NCBI GenBank assembly: GCA_964463635.1
Contig: CAYXCB010000001.1
Span: 7,526 to 71,525 of the forward strand
DNA length: 64,000 nt
Direction: 5' to 3'
From: an uncultured Candidatus Saccharibacteria bacterium
GTDB lineage: Bacteria > Patescibacteriota > Saccharimonadia > Saccharimonadales > CAZARM01
Shown here piece after piece: positions 18,412-29,214 of this stretch. The notes under the pieces are model-generated. The model searched no databases. It was not told the DNA's origin and saw only the letters and a list, made by a program, of their open reading frames with translations. Position numbers and translations under genes: made by a program. Positions within the stretch are counted from its first letter, which is position 1, and every line of letters begins with the position of its first letter.

Positions 18412-19227
18412 TTAGACCGAATTGCCCAGTTGCTTATATAAGGCGTACCAGCTTTCTAGTGATAATTCCTGAGGACGCGAGCCAGGTTTGAGGCCAGCTC
18501 GAGTAATAGCGGCTGAAACGTCCATTTTACTCTGTTGCAGCCCGCCGCTCAAGGAGTTCAACAGCGTCTTTCGCCGGTTGCTGAATCCTGCTTTAACCAG
18601 TCTAAAAAACTGTTTGGTGTCAACATCCGTAAATAATGGACTAGTCCGATGCTTTAGGATGATCACCTGAGAATCGACTTTGGGCGGGGGAGAGAAGAGT
18701 CGTCTAGGCACTTCTCTGCCTAGAATAGTTTCAAAGTAGTACTGGGCGCTAACGGATAACAATGACATCTTGCCAGGGACTGCAGCTACGCGTTCGGCGA
18801 CTTCCTTTTGGACAAGCAATACAGCGATCACGGGCGGATTAACAGATTCGCTGAACGTACGGATCAGTTTGCTAGTCAAATAATACGGTATGTTCGCGAC
18901 GACTTTGTAGCCGGCCGGCAGGTCGCCAAGGTCAAAGTCCAGTATACTTCCCTTCACAAATTGCAAATTATTCGCAATCTTCTGAGAGATTAGATTATCG
19001 ATCAAGCCTTCGTCTAATTCCACCGCCACGACCTGCCCTGCCCGATCCGCCAGAACTCGGGTCAATGTTCCAGTACCCGGCCCAACCTCAAGCACCGTGT
19101 CTTCCCTGCTAATCTCGGCCGCATCGGCAATATCATTCAGGGCTTCGCTATCATGCAGCCAATGCTGCCCCAACGACTTCCGGCCTTTCTGCAGCCCATC
19201 AATAGCTGATTCATGAATATCAGCCAC
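18412..19227 (-). CDS. rsmA: 16S rRNA dimethyladenosine transferase
   Basis: KSLGQHWL, EVGPGTG, VANIPYY, QKEVAER and PPPKVDS motifs. Confidence 0.96.
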   Translation of the reverse strand: MADIHESAIDGLQKGRKSLGQHWLHDSEALNDIADAAEISREDTVLEVGPGTGTLTRVLADRAGQVVAVELDEGLIDNLISQKIANNLQFVKGSILDFDLGDLPAGYKVVANIPYYLTSKLIRTFSESVNPPVIAVLLVQKEVAERVAAVPGKMSLLSVSAQYYFETILGREVPRRLFSPPPKVDSQVIILKHRTSPLFTDVDTKQFFRLVKAGFSNRRKTLLNSLSGGLQQSKMDVSAAITRAGLKPGSRPQELSLESWYALYKQLGNSV

Positions 19228-20012
19228 TAGATTCCAGCCGCATAGGTCACTATGTTTTCAAAAAGAATTTCCGCAGCATATCTAGCAGCCTCGGTTCGAT
19301 CCCGCTGAGGATGAAAAGCCTCGATGGATCGCTCGGGGTGTGGCATCATACCTAGAACTACACCACGTGGATCGCATATACCGGCTATGTCGAGCATTGC
19401 CCCATTGGGATTATCAGGGAAATTACCATCTGGAAGTGTCGCATGCCTAGTACTGTACTGAAATACCACCTGGCCATTCTTTTCTAAATCCAAAATTTCC
19501 ATCTCGGGTCCAAAGAACCTGCCTTCACCGTGCGCAATCTGCATAGGTATAGGTAGCTCGCTGAATTCTTCCGGCTGAGCAAAGCGACAGGCCGATTCAC
19601 CGACTGCTAGTTCAATCCAGCGACACTCAAAGCGCCCAATTTCGTTTTCGGCCAGCGTGACTTGTTGTTCGCCAATCGTTCCATAAGGTAATAGGCCAGT
19701 GCGAACAAGCACCTGGAATCCGTTGCAGACACCCAAGATAGGCTTTTCTTGATCTACAAATTCTTGCAGCTGATCTGAAAGGTAAGATGTAAGCTCATTA
19801 GCCAACACTTTACCGGAAGCAATGTCGTCACCATAAGAAAAACCCCCAGGAATTGCCAAAATACCGTAATCCGCGAGTCGACGCTCGCCACTTCTTAGCT
19901 GATTAATGTGGACAGTTTCTGGAAGGCCACCAGCCACCTCAAAGGCATGGCTCATTTCCATGTCACAATTGATACCGTCGGTCTTGAGTATACAAACTTC
20001 GGGACTAATCAT
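19227..20012 (-). CDS. purQ: FGAM synthase glutaminase subunit
   Basis: GINCD, PGGFSYGD, GVCNGFQ, AHGEG, NPNG and MMPHPER motifs. Confidence 0.95.
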   Translation of the reverse strand: MISPEVCILKTDGINCDMEMSHAFEVAGGLPETVHINQLRSGERRLADYGILAIPGGFSYGDDIASGKVLANELTSYLSDQLQEFVDQEKPILGVCNGFQVLVRTGLLPYGTIGEQQVTLAENEIGRFECRWIELAVGESACRFAQPEEFSELPIPMQIAHGEGRFFGPEMEILDLEKNGQVVFQYSTRHATLPDGNFPDNPNGAMLDIAGICDPRGVVLGMMPHPERSIEAFHPQRDRTEAARYAAEILFENIVTYAAGI

Positions 20013-22849
20013 GAATGAAATATTCCTTTCATAGGTGCCTGCCAGGCAGATTTCAGATCGTCAAGTTCAGTTTTGCACAGTTTATTCCAGGCACCTTTGC
20101 GAATTTCAAAACTAGTAGTACTGCTGGTACTGCCAATCTGTCGGTAAGGTACTCCCTCGAAAGCCAGATAGGCATCATTATGTCCATTGACTTCGACCAC
20201 AAAACATCCGGCAGTTTCATTAAACAGGAAAGTCTCCGAATCGGCGTGCTCAGGAATATGTATTGTTGCCCCGCTGTCACTGCCAAAGCACATTTCGGCT
20301 ACAGTTGTAGCAATTCCGCCTTCACTTACGTCGTGACAAGCTAGAATATCGCCTTTTTGAATCGCTTTGTAGATACGCCTTAATACCTCTGGCAGCACAA
20401 GCGTATTAATTTCTGGTACCTCACCACTTTGACCACCTGCTATATCGTAATACGTGCTGCCGCCCATATTGTCACTAGTACCGCCTACTAAATACAACAG
20501 TGTATCACCAGGCTTCTTGAGCTCTGTTGTCATTGTTTTTTCAACGTCCGGGATTCGGCCAAAAATTGACATAGTGTAAACCGGTGGGATTTTAATAATC
20601 TCGCCGTCTTTGCCGCGATAGGTGGAAGATAGGCTGTCTTTACCGGAAATGACGGGCAACTTCAGGAGGTGCATCATATCGACTGCAGCATCAACTGAAC
20701 GATCAAGCGATCCCATCGCCTCTTCATCGGGAAATGGCCAAATATAGTTACCGACAGCGGCAGCTTCATCAATATTGCCACCGGCAGAAACATAGTTTGC
20801 AGCCGCTTCTGCGATTGCCCAGACGGTGCCTTCGTAAGGATCTAATCGGTTCAAGATCGGGTTCATACCATGTGATTGCACCACGCCATAAGGCTTGCCT
20901 AGCATTGGCCGTATTACCAGAGCATCGTTGGGTCCTTCCTGATTAACGCCACCAAACGGGGAAACAACATTGCCGCCCTGCACTCCGTGATCATACTGGC
21001 GGACAATTGGCTCTTTGGAACACACATTTCCATGTGCTAGTACGGCCTTAAGCCGTTCTATCCATTCTCCCTCGCTCGTTGGCGCTTCAGGACGAACTTC
21101 CGAGATTTCCTCATGATCCCAGTGGGCGTACATGATTCTTTGCGGAAGTCCGCCGTCTAAAAACTCATAGTCCAGTTCAGCTACGTTTTGCTCGCCAAAA
21201 TTAACAGTTAGCGTATGACTGCCATCAAATTCTCCAAGTACGGTAGCTTCCACATTATATTTGCTGCAAACTATCATAAATTCTTCAATATTGTCTGGAG
21301 AGATCGCCGCAACCATGCGCTCTTGTGATTCGCTTAGCCAGATTTCCCAGGGTGCCAGGCCAGGATATTTTAGCGGCGCCTTGCTGATGTCTACTGTGAC
21401 GCCTATACTCTCACCAATTTCGCCTATGGCAGATGAAAAGCCAGCAGCACCACAGTCCGTCATAGCCCGAATGAAACCATGATCACGAGCCTCAAGCAAT
21501 GCATCAAACATGCGTTTTTCCTCGATCGCGTTGCCAATTTGGACCGCGCTGGAGTTCACGCTTGCTGTACGGTCGGTCATCTCACCTGACGAGAATGTTG
21601 CGCCGTGAATACCATCGCGTCCAGTGCGACCGCCAATAATCACAACTAAATCACCGACTAGGGGTTCGCCCTTTTGTGCCAGGACTTCCGGCATAATTCC
21701 GTAAGCGCCCACCTCGACAGTAGGCTTTGCCCGAAAATCCTCGTGATAATGCACTGAGCCATTCGGTGTGGGGATGCCCATACGATTACTATAATCGCGT
21801 ACGCCTTGGACTACGCGGCGCTGCAAGTAATCAGGATGCAAGGTTCCAAGCGGTAATAGTGATTCATCTAAGTCGGGCGGTGCGAAACAAAACATATCTG
21901 TCGAAATAATCGTTTTAGCACCTTGGCCAGTACCCATAACATCCCGGAAGACACCACCACTACCCGTCATAGCACCACCGTAAGGTTCAATGGCTGAAGG
22001 ACTATTATGGGTCTCGACCTTGCCACAGATGGCTTGGCCATCGTAAAAACGTATTACGCCGGAATTATCACCGAATGCTGAAATAACTAGGTCTTTAAAA
22101 TGTACTTTGGCGGCATTTTTAATGCGGTCAAATAAGGGTTCTTTTTCTACGCCATCAACCACAACTCTTGCATTGAAAGTTTTATGTCCACAATGTTCAC
22201 TCCATCTAGCAGCAATTATTTCCAGCTCGGCGTCAGTCGGATCACGGTCAAGTTTTCGGAAGTGCTTTTGGACTACGCTCATTTCTTCGCCGTTTAGAAA
22301 CAATTTATCTTTGGATAATTCCGTTAACTCCTTTTCGGAAGCTTCACGAATCGGCACAATATTGACTGGTCCGACCGACCCTTCAAAGATAAGAGAGCTG
22401 GGTTTCATGGTAATAATTTGTTCAACTGTCTCGTTAACTAATAACCGCCCGACTGCCGTATCAACTTGATCTGTTTCTACTTCGCCAAAAAACGCATATT
22501 CCCGGGATGCATCAACCGCAACGGGGTTTATCTCTAAATCTTGCGCAGCTTTCATAATAGACGCAGAAGCTGGGTTCATAACACCCGGCTTGTATGCAAC
22601 TTCAACTACGTGAGGCGTATCAAAACCGACGAGCTGATTTAAACTGTGTTGTTCGTTTACCGGATCCGTCAACAAGCTTTCGGCAAGCGTCTGGGCCTCT
22701 TCTTCGCTTATGCCCTCTATCCGATAAATTTTGGCTGTTTTTACTTCCTCGATATTATCCAAGCCTAGTGTGCGTTCGGCTTCTTGCCTAACATCTTGCC
22801 CTAAAGGATCCGCATCTCTTGGAATTACCCTTATTTCATGAATCGTCAC
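20009..22849 (-). CDS. purL: FGAM synthase subunit PurL with N-terminal PurS-like region
   Basis: WSEHCGHK, KVETHNSPS, GRDGIHGA, DCGAAG, SESQERM, SGKDS and HDVSEGG motifs. Confidence 0.96.
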   Translation of the reverse strand: MTIHEIRVIPRDADPLGQDVRQEAERTLGLDNIEEVKTAKIYRIEGISEEEAQTLAESLLTDPVNEQHSLNQLVGFDTPHVVEVAYKPGVMNPASASIMKAAQDLEINPVAVDASREYAFFGEVETDQVDTAVGRLLVNETVEQIITMKPSSLIFEGSVGPVNIVPIREASEKELTELSKDKLFLNGEEMSVVQKHFRKLDRDPTDAELEIIAARWSEHCGHKTFNARVVVDGVEKEPLFDRIKNAAKVHFKDLVISAFGDNSGVIRFYDGQAICGKVETHNSPSAIEPYGGAMTGSGGVFRDVMGTGQGAKTIISTDMFCFAPPDLDESLLPLGTLHPDYLQRRVVQGVRDYSNRMGIPTPNGSVHYHEDFRAKPTVEVGAYGIMPEVLAQKGEPLVGDLVVIIGGRTGRDGIHGATFSSGEMTDRTASVNSSAVQIGNAIEEKRMFDALLEARDHGFIRAMTDCGAAGFSSAIGEIGESIGVTVDISKAPLKYPGLAPWEIWLSESQERMVAAISPDNIEEFMIVCSKYNVEATVLGEFDGSHTLTVNFGEQNVAELDYEFLDGGLPQRIMYAHWDHEEISEVRPEAPTSEGEWIERLKAVLAHGNVCSKEPIVRQYDHGVQGGNVVSPFGGVNQEGPNDALVIRPMLGKPYGVVQSHGMNPILNRLDPYEGTVWAIAEAAANYVSAGGNIDEAAAVGNYIWPFPDEEAMGSLDRSVDAAVDMMHLLKLPVISGKDSLSSTYRGKDGEIIKIPPVYTMSIFGRIPDVEKTMTTELKKPGDTLLYLVGGTSDNMGGSTYYDIAGGQSGEVPEINTLVLPEVLRRIYKAIQKGDILACHDVSEGGIATTVAEMCFGSDSGATIHIPEHADSETFLFNETAGCFVVEVNGHNDAYLAFEGVPYRQIGSTSSTTSFEIRKGAWNKLCKTELDDLKSAWQAPMKGIFHS

Positions 22850-23525
22850 GATAAGCCTCTTGTTCTTTTAAAAACCTGTCTAGAACATAGGGCAGTGCGA
22901 TTTTCTCGACTATTTGAATGCGGTCAAATAGGTCTTGCGGTGTATCATCTGGAAAAACTTCAACAGGGTGCTCAGCTATCTTAGGCCCCCTGTCTACACC
23001 GGATGCCACTACATGCACGGTGTGCCTGGAAATGGCAAGCCCTAGTTCCAATACTCGCTCCGAGGTATGTAGGCCGTAGGTATCTTCGGTTTCTGGCAGT
23101 GGCCCAGGGTGTGTGTTGCTCATTCTAGCTAAATAGATAGAGCTAAAATGCGGCAGCCAGCCATACTCTTCAATAAGCTCGCCACGAACCATTTTCATAT
23201 AACCCATGAGGGCAACATGGGCAAATCCTTGGTTCGCAACCCTCTCACAAATTGCTGCTGACTCAGCAAGCGTCTGGCCACGTCCTATGTTACCGTCAGG
23301 ATGCGTACGACCACTAATTTCTGCTGTTTCAATATCTAGTTCATACTGCTTATTTAATCTTTGGACCCTGCCATATATACCGGCTCTTTCAGGAGGATTG
23401 TTGCATATCACCAACCCTACCTCTGCGCTTATTCGCCCGTCCTGAGTCGCATGAATGAATGCTTCAGCTGTTGAGCCGCTTCCTGAAGCTAAAATAGCAA
23501 TGCTAGGGGTGTGCTTCTTTATCAT
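22836..23525 (-). CDS. purN: phosphoribosylglycinamide formyltransferase
   Basis: ILASGSGS, NTHPGPLP, TVHVV and VDRGP motifs; adjacent to purL. Confidence 0.85.
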   Translation of the reverse strand: MIKKHTPSIAILASGSGSTAEAFIHATQDGRISAEVGLVICNNPPERAGIYGRVQRLNKQYELDIETAEISGRTHPDGNIGRGQTLAESAAICERVANQGFAHVALMGYMKMVRGELIEEYGWLPHFSSIYLARMSNTHPGPLPETEDTYGLHTSERVLELGLAISRHTVHVVASGVDRGPKIAEHPVEVFPDDTPQDLFDRIQIVEKIALPYVLDRFLKEQEAYRDDS

Positions 23526-23581
23526 ATTCCAAGATTATAGACATCTGTAAGCTAATCCCCAAGCACAAGCAAAATGGCTTA

Positions 23582-23642
23582 AGGGAAAAGAGCAGCCGGA
23601 GACCCCGATTCATTCGGGGCGCGGCTTTGGCGGGGAAAACCG
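23582..23642 (+). repeat. palindromic repeat family B, copy 1 (partial)
   Basis: gagcagcc...cccc-GATTCATTC-gggg-cgcg, similar to the copies at 29215 and 30683. Confidence 0.6.
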
Positions 23643-23663
23643 TAGATTTGTCTCAGTTACTAT

Positions 23664-24902
23664 CTAATACCAGTGGTTGACGTTCCAGAAGGCTTGGGCT
23701 TTGCAGGGGCTACCGTAGCGGTTAACCATATAGCCTATTCCCCAGCGGATCTGGACAGCTGGGTCTGATTCCCAACCGGGGCCCATTTTGCTGCCAGGCA
23801 AAGCCTGCGGGATGCCATAAGCGCCTGACGAACGGTTTCGGGCTAGGTGGTTCCATTTGGATTCGCGGTCAAAAATAGAATAAATACAGCTGAATTCTTT
23901 GGTCCAGCCCATGTCGGAGGCAATCTGTTTACCTAGCTCTACATTGGCTGATGGATTGCTATAAATCACCTTAGTGCCTTTTATAACGATTCTTTTAACA
24001 GGTTCGGCGGCAATAACTTCTTGGATTACCCGTCGGCTGGCTTCAACACCGTTGCGCAGTTCTAGTTCATAAGTTACGATTTTGCGGCCGTCGCTGCCAG
24101 CCTGCTGGACGCGCTGGGTCCCAGCTGGCAGCGCGGGGTCTTCCCGGGTTTCAACCGGTGCCGGGATTTTCTGGTCGTCAGTGGCAATCTGGGTACCAAC
24201 TCGAGTAACAAACACTTGGGTGTTTGGTGTCAGCACCGTGCTGGGCTCAGGCTGCAATGTGTCGCCTTCGTTCAGTTTGACATTCTTTTCAGCCAGTAAT
24301 TCGCCGACCGTTTCGGCATGGGTACGAACTTCAATAGGGGTGCCGTACAAGTTAAGGTTAGCTAGGGTCGCCCGGTCAATAACCACTTTTTCTGCCACTA
24401 TGCCATCGCGCAGCAGGTCTCGAGCGTCCATGCTCGTGGCGCCAGCGGTTTTCAGCCGGTCTTCTGGAAAGACTTGAACGCCTGCGGCCTCAACAATCGC
24501 TTCAGGCGTCGGCTGAGCTGTATATGTCACTGTTTTCTTGCTGCCGTCTTCTACTAGAACTGGCCGGGCGCGGTAAATAATTACCTGGAAATTGTCGGCT
24601 TCAATCGTCGTATCCAGCGCGGGATTAACGATGTCTTTTTCTCCTAAGCTAATATTGAGCCGCTGAAGCAAGTCGGCTACATTTTGAGCCCGAGTCGGGA
24701 CAATCTGCTGCTCACCATCAATACTGACTGAGACAACCATGGTATCGCTGGCGCCAATCGTCTGGCCATTAAAGCTAACGTAGCCAACCATGGACACAAA
24801 AAACAGTACCAGGAAAGTTAACACCGGTACGACAAACGGGTGGTTATGAAGCCTATGGAAACGACTTTTCCGGGTTTTGCCGGAAGGTTGTTTTTGACGC
24901 AT
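23664..24902 (-). CDS. DUF348/G5 domain protein with C-terminal lytic transglycosylase (RpfB/YabE-like)
   Basis: TM, three ubiquitin-like DUF348 repeats, G5 domain and RESKWN...SSGAYGIPQALP. Confidence 0.9.
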   Translation of the reverse strand: MRQKQPSGKTRKSRFHRLHNHPFVVPVLTFLVLFFVSMVGYVSFNGQTIGASDTMVVSVSIDGEQQIVPTRAQNVADLLQRLNISLGEKDIVNPALDTTIEADNFQVIIYRARPVLVEDGSKKTVTYTAQPTPEAIVEAAGVQVFPEDRLKTAGATSMDARDLLRDGIVAEKVVIDRATLANLNLYGTPIEVRTHAETVGELLAEKNVKLNEGDTLQPEPSTVLTPNTQVFVTRVGTQIATDDQKIPAPVETREDPALPAGTQRVQQAGSDGRKIVTYELELRNGVEASRRVIQEVIAAEPVKRIVIKGTKVIYSNPSANVELGKQIASDMGWTKEFSCIYSIFDRESKWNHLARNRSSGAYGIPQALPGSKMGPGWESDPAVQIRWGIGYMVNRYGSPCKAQAFWNVNHWY

Positions 24903-24982
24903 AATTCAAAATGGCTAATCCGGAGACCCTCTTAGTATTCATCGGTACTTCCCGTGATAGCCAACATATATTCTACCAATAA

Positions 24983-25450
24983 TCAGGTCTTGAACCAAAC
25001 TGCTATGATACTGCGAACATTAGGGCTGACAGCCTTATTGGTAAGTAAATCTTGCCACTTGAACCATTTAAGATCAGCCAGCTCGTACTTTTGGCGCAGA
25101 ACAGTAGGCTTACTCAGCAGCTCGAGAGCAAAAGCCGTGTAGCTAAAGGTGAGCCCGGCCTCTGGAATCGAGCGCTGCTCATGAATAAGTTTCAGTTGCT
25201 CGGGTTTAATTTTCATGCCAGTTTCTTCGTAAAGTTCGCGCAGCGCGCCTTGAATAGCCGTTTCGCGCCGGTGCCTGCCCCCGCCAGGCAGTTCCCAGCG
25301 GCCTAAGCCCAGCCAGCCTTTGCTAACTAGCACTTCCCCGCCGCAAATAATCAAAATCCTGGTCCGCTGGCTTCTGTAAAGGTAAACAAACAACGCCGGA
25401 TAGCTCAACCAGAATGCTAACCTGCCTAAGAGTGACCAAAGCCGTTTCAT
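24983..25450 (-). CDS. NUDIX hydrolase
   Basis: WELPGGG...GALRELYEETG; start taken at ATG 25450. Confidence 0.85.
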   Translation of the reverse strand: MKRLWSLLGRLAFWLSYPALFVYLYRSQRTRILIICGGEVLVSKGWLGLGRWELPGGGRHRRETAIQGALRELYEETGMKIKPEQLKLIHEQRSIPEAGLTFSYTAFALELLSKPTVLRQKYELADLKWFKWQDLLTNKAVSPNVRSIIAVWFKT

Positions 25451-25556
25451 CCCATTAGACTCCAAAAGACCTTTTTTAATCTGATTATCGACTGAAGCAA
25501 GCATGGGCGTTCAGTCGTGAACCAATCGCTGGAAGTTAAGTGGAGTCTAACGGGAT

Positions 25557-27707
25557 TCATTCTACTTTCTCCAGCGGCGCAAAGGCGGCGTTAAGCTTCT
25601 TAGTGCCTTTGCCTTTGAAATAAATTGTGACGTTTTCGCCCTCTATTTCTAGGATAGTCCCGACCCCGAACAGTTTATGACGGACTTGGTCGCCTTCTTC
25701 GATTTCCGGCATGTAATGGACTTCCTGGCTGGTTTCGTCGCGGCTAAACTCCGGCTTAGGCCACATGCTGCCGAAGCCTTGGTTGTCAGTCTGGACCTGG
25801 CCGTCAATTTCACTTAAAAACCTTGACGGCGGATTGTGCTGGACGCCGCCATAAAGCATTCGGGAACTGGCATGAATCATGTAGAGTTCGGATTTAGCCC
25901 TGGTCATACCGACGTAACAAAGTCGGCGCTCCTCTTCCATCTGGTTTTGGTCATAGAGCGCCCGTGAATGAGGGAAAATAGTTTCTTCTAGGCCCGTCAT
26001 AAAGACGACTGGAAATTCCAAGCCTTTAGCGGCATGCAGTGTCATCAGTGTCACGGCATTGCCGTTCATATCAGCCTGGTCGATGTCGCTGATTAGCGCC
26101 ACTTCCTCTAAAAAGCCAGCTAGTCCCAGTTCTTGGTATTCCTGCGCTACGCTTATCAGTTCCTTGACGTTTTCTTGCCTTGACTCGCCTTGCAGGCCGC
26201 CGTCATCCAGATAATTCAAGTAATCCAACCGGCGGATCAGCGAATCAATTAGGCCGGTCAAGGCCGCGTCTTGCAGCACGTTTCGCATAGCTGCCAGCAA
26301 TTCTCCTAGTTCAAATAAGCCTTTTTTGGCTTTGGGCGTCAGGCCTGGATGTTCGTTCACTGATCCTAGGGCTTGCTCAAGGTTTAGGTTGTTGTTTCGC
26401 TGCCAAGTATAAAAAGCCTCCATGGATCTAGGTCCGATGCCTCTAGTCGGCACATTGACGATCCGCTCGAAGCTGACACGGTCTTGTGGCTGATAAATTA
26501 GCCTGAGATAGGCCATGATGTCCTTGATTTCCTTGCGGTCATAAAAGCGCACACCGCCGACAACCCGATACGGGATACCGTAGCGGATAAAGCCTTCTTC
26601 GATTGCCCGGCTCTGGGCATTAGTCCGATACAACACCGCGAAATCAGAAAAATTACGGAACTTTATGTCTACAGCATTGCGAATCCGACGAATAATCGCC
26701 TCGGATTCACTCCGTTCGCTATTAACCGGCAGAATCTGGATCGGCTGGCCGCCGGTGTCCTCAGTCCAGAGTTTTTTGTCGGAACGCTGTTCGTTCTTGG
26801 TAATGACGGCATGGGCAGCGTCTAAAATCGCCTTGGTGCTGCGGTAGTTTTGTTCGAGTTTGATGATGGTGGTTTTGGGATAGTCGCGTTCGAAGTTCAA
26901 AATATTCCTAAAATCAGCACCTCTCCAACTGTAAATTGATTGCCAGTCGTCGCCAACTACTGCAACATTATATTTACTACTTGTCAATAGTTTGATCAGT
27001 TTATATTGGGCGGCATTGGTGTCCTGATACTCGTCTATCATAATATAGCCAAACTGCTTAACCCATTTTTTACGAATCTCAGGCTGCGTCTCAAATAGCT
27101 GCACCGTTCGGCCAATCAAATCGTCAAAGTCGAGCCCGCCAGCTTCTTTCAGCAGCCGCTCATAGATAGGGAAAACTTGAGCGGCCGCGTTATGAACCGG
27201 CCCGCTGCCCATACCGACGTAATCAGCCGGTGTTACTAGTTCATTTTTTGCGCTGCTAATCAGCGAAGCGATCGAGCGCGGCGGAAAGCTCTTTTCGTCC
27301 AGGCTTAATTGCTTGCTAGCTTGTTTGACGGCCGTGAGTCGGTCGCTTTCGTCAAATATAACGAAGTTAGGCGGAATACCGACATATTCTCCGTCCTGCC
27401 GCAGCAGCCGGACGCAGATCGAGTGGAACGTACCCATAAACGGCATAAAACTGCGGTTGTCAGCTTTCTCGCCTAACAACTTGGCCACGCGTTCGCGCAT
27501 CTCGCGGGCGGCTTTGTTGGTAAAGGTTACGGCGAGAATGTTGTATGGCGTAGCCCGTTTGGTGGCTATCAAGTAAGCGATTCGGTGAGTTAAGGTTTTG
27601 GTCTTGCCAGAACCGGCGCCGGCTAGAATCAACAGCGGTCCTTCGGTAGTTTCTACCGCTCGGCGTTGCTCATCATTTAACCCAGTCAAAAGCTCTGAAG
27701 ACATCAA
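25557..27707 (-). CDS. pcrA: UvrD/PcrA DNA helicase
   Basis: AGAGSGKT, TFTNKAA, DEYQDTN, VGDDWQSIY, NYRS, TLHAAKGLEF and EERRLCYVGMTRA motifs. Confidence 0.96.
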   Translation of the reverse strand: MMSSELLTGLNDEQRRAVETTEGPLLILAGAGSGKTKTLTHRIAYLIATKRATPYNILAVTFTNKAAREMRERVAKLLGEKADNRSFMPFMGTFHSICVRLLRQDGEYVGIPPNFVIFDESDRLTAVKQASKQLSLDEKSFPPRSIASLISSAKNELVTPADYVGMGSGPVHNAAAQVFPIYERLLKEAGGLDFDDLIGRTVQLFETQPEIRKKWVKQFGYIMIDEYQDTNAAQYKLIKLLTSSKYNVAVVGDDWQSIYSWRGADFRNILNFERDYPKTTIIKLEQNYRSTKAILDAAHAVITKNEQRSDKKLWTEDTGGQPIQILPVNSERSESEAIIRRIRNAVDIKFRNFSDFAVLYRTNAQSRAIEEGFIRYGIPYRVVGGVRFYDRKEIKDIMAYLRLIYQPQDRVSFERIVNVPTRGIGPRSMEAFYTWQRNNNLNLEQALGSVNEHPGLTPKAKKGLFELGELLAAMRNVLQDAALTGLIDSLIRRLDYLNYLDDGGLQGESRQENVKELISVAQEYQELGLAGFLEEVALISDIDQADMNGNAVTLMTLHAAKGLEFPVVFMTGLEETIFPHSRALYDQNQMEEERRLCYVGMTRAKSELYMIHASSRMLYGGVQHNPPSRFLSEIDGQVQTDNQGFGSMWPKPEFSRDETSQEVHYMPEIEEGDQVRHKLFGVGTILEIEGENVTIYFKGKGTKKLNAAFAPLEKVE

Positions 27708-27729
27708 GCTATTTTAGCACCTTGAGGTG

Positions 27730-28356
27730 TCAAAGTAGGTCGTCTAGCAAACCGGCGTCGTAAGCAAATGCCGCGGCACCCACAGCGGCTGCTAGCAAAA
27801 TGAGAACTATAATCAGGGCGGTTCGGTGATGACGTTTGTGACTAGCAACACCAAGCGGCACGTAATATTTGCGCTCAGCAACTAATTGGTCAACCTTAGC
27901 GCGCATGGCTTCGATTTCTTTTTGGTCGTCATCGGTTTTTTTCTTGTCCTTGGCGGCATCGGCTACAGCTTCAACGGCAGCGCCCGAGTCGCCATCAAGC
28001 GGCACCGAGTCATCATCTGGCTTGGGTTCGCTGGGAGTTGCTGACACTGGTTCTGTAACCTCAAGTTCAGGCTTTTCAGCCGGTTTCGGTTCTTCTGCCC
28101 TGGCAACTTCAATTGGGACTGAATCAGCACCATCCTTAACTTCTACTTTTGTGCTGGTTGGTTCATTGATAACTTTTTCATGAGCTACGGTAGATAGTTT
28201 AACTTCTTCAGGTTTAGCTTCTTTTTGAACCATCGGATCCTGCATCATGGGGCCATGGGTAACAATAATCGGCCGCGATGTCGCGCTTGGCGCTGATTTG
28301 CCGGGCTGGGTCACGTCGTCCATCGGTTTCTTGCTGTTTTTTTCCGACTCAGCCAT
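27730..28356 (-). CDS. hypothetical protein, disordered with C-terminal TM
   Basis: P/E/K-rich ORF with a C-terminal hydrophobic helix; overlaps the tpiA stop. Confidence 0.75.
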   Translation of the reverse strand: MAESEKNSKKPMDDVTQPGKSAPSATSRPIIVTHGPMMQDPMVQKEAKPEEVKLSTVAHEKVINEPTSTKVEVKDGADSVPIEVARAEEPKPAEKPELEVTEPVSATPSEPKPDDDSVPLDGDSGAAVEAVADAAKDKKKTDDDQKEIEAMRAKVDQLVAERKYYVPLGVASHKRHHRTALIIVLILLAAAVGAAAFAYDAGLLDDLL

Positions 28357-29152
28357 TGTCTTTACCTATTTCTGATAAATAACGGTCGGCGCTGGCTACC
28401 ATTCCAGAAAATTCGTGATAATTCAAGCTAGCGCCGCCGACGAGCAGGCCGTCGACGCCATCAATTTCCAGTAATCCTCTGGTTGAGGAAGCATTGGCAC
28501 TGCCGCCATACAAAATCCGCAGGGCCGCGCCGGCTTTTTTACCATATAAATGAGTGACGTTGTTGCGGATGGCGGCTACGGCTTTAGCGATCTCGGTAGC
28601 TTTGGGTGCTTCGTGATGCAGGTAGTCACTACCACTGCTCAGAGCCCAAACCGGTTCATAAGCTATAACGATATGCTGGATTTCTTTTGACGTGACATTA
28701 GATAGGGCTGATGTAACTTGGTCGTGCAGCACCTGCATGGTTTCGCCCTGAAGTTTTTCGTGTTTGGTCTCGCCGACACAGAGAATCGGGCTGATTTCGT
28801 TACGAATGGCGGCCGCTACTTTGTCCCGAACGGTGTCTAAATCTTCACCAAATTTATAGCGGCGATCAGAGTGACCAACTATAACGTAGTGGACTAGATC
28901 GCGCAGCATGGTAAAGCTGACCTCGCCGGTGTACGGCCCGTCGTCTTTATGATATGCGTTTTGAGCCGCTAGTCGGAACTTGCGCCGGTCTAGCTGGACG
29001 CTCAATGGCTGTAAAACCAGCATGCTTGGGGCTAGGACTACTTCTATGTCGCGGTGGATTTTGATACGCTCATGCAAACGGTGCAGCAAGATACTAGACT
29101 GAGAAGTATTCAGGTGCATTTTCCAATTGCCGACGATTAATGTTCTGCGCAT
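28349..29152 (-). CDS. tpiA: triosephosphate isomerase
   Basis: GNWKM, GHSDRR, YEPVWA, YGGS and GLLVGGASL motifs. Confidence 0.96.
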   Translation of the reverse strand: MRRTLIVGNWKMHLNTSQSSILLHRLHERIKIHRDIEVVLAPSMLVLQPLSVQLDRRKFRLAAQNAYHKDDGPYTGEVSFTMLRDLVHYVIVGHSDRRYKFGEDLDTVRDKVAAAIRNEISPILCVGETKHEKLQGETMQVLHDQVTSALSNVTSKEIQHIVIAYEPVWALSSGSDYLHHEAPKATEIAKAVAAIRNNVTHLYGKKAGAALRILYGGSANASSTRGLLEIDGVDGLLVGGASLNYHEFSGMVASADRYLSEIGKDNG

Positions 29153-29214
29153 ATTTTTCTATTTCAACTAGCTTAATAATACTTATGCTTACACTGTTTG
29201 TAAATCTTGGATTC

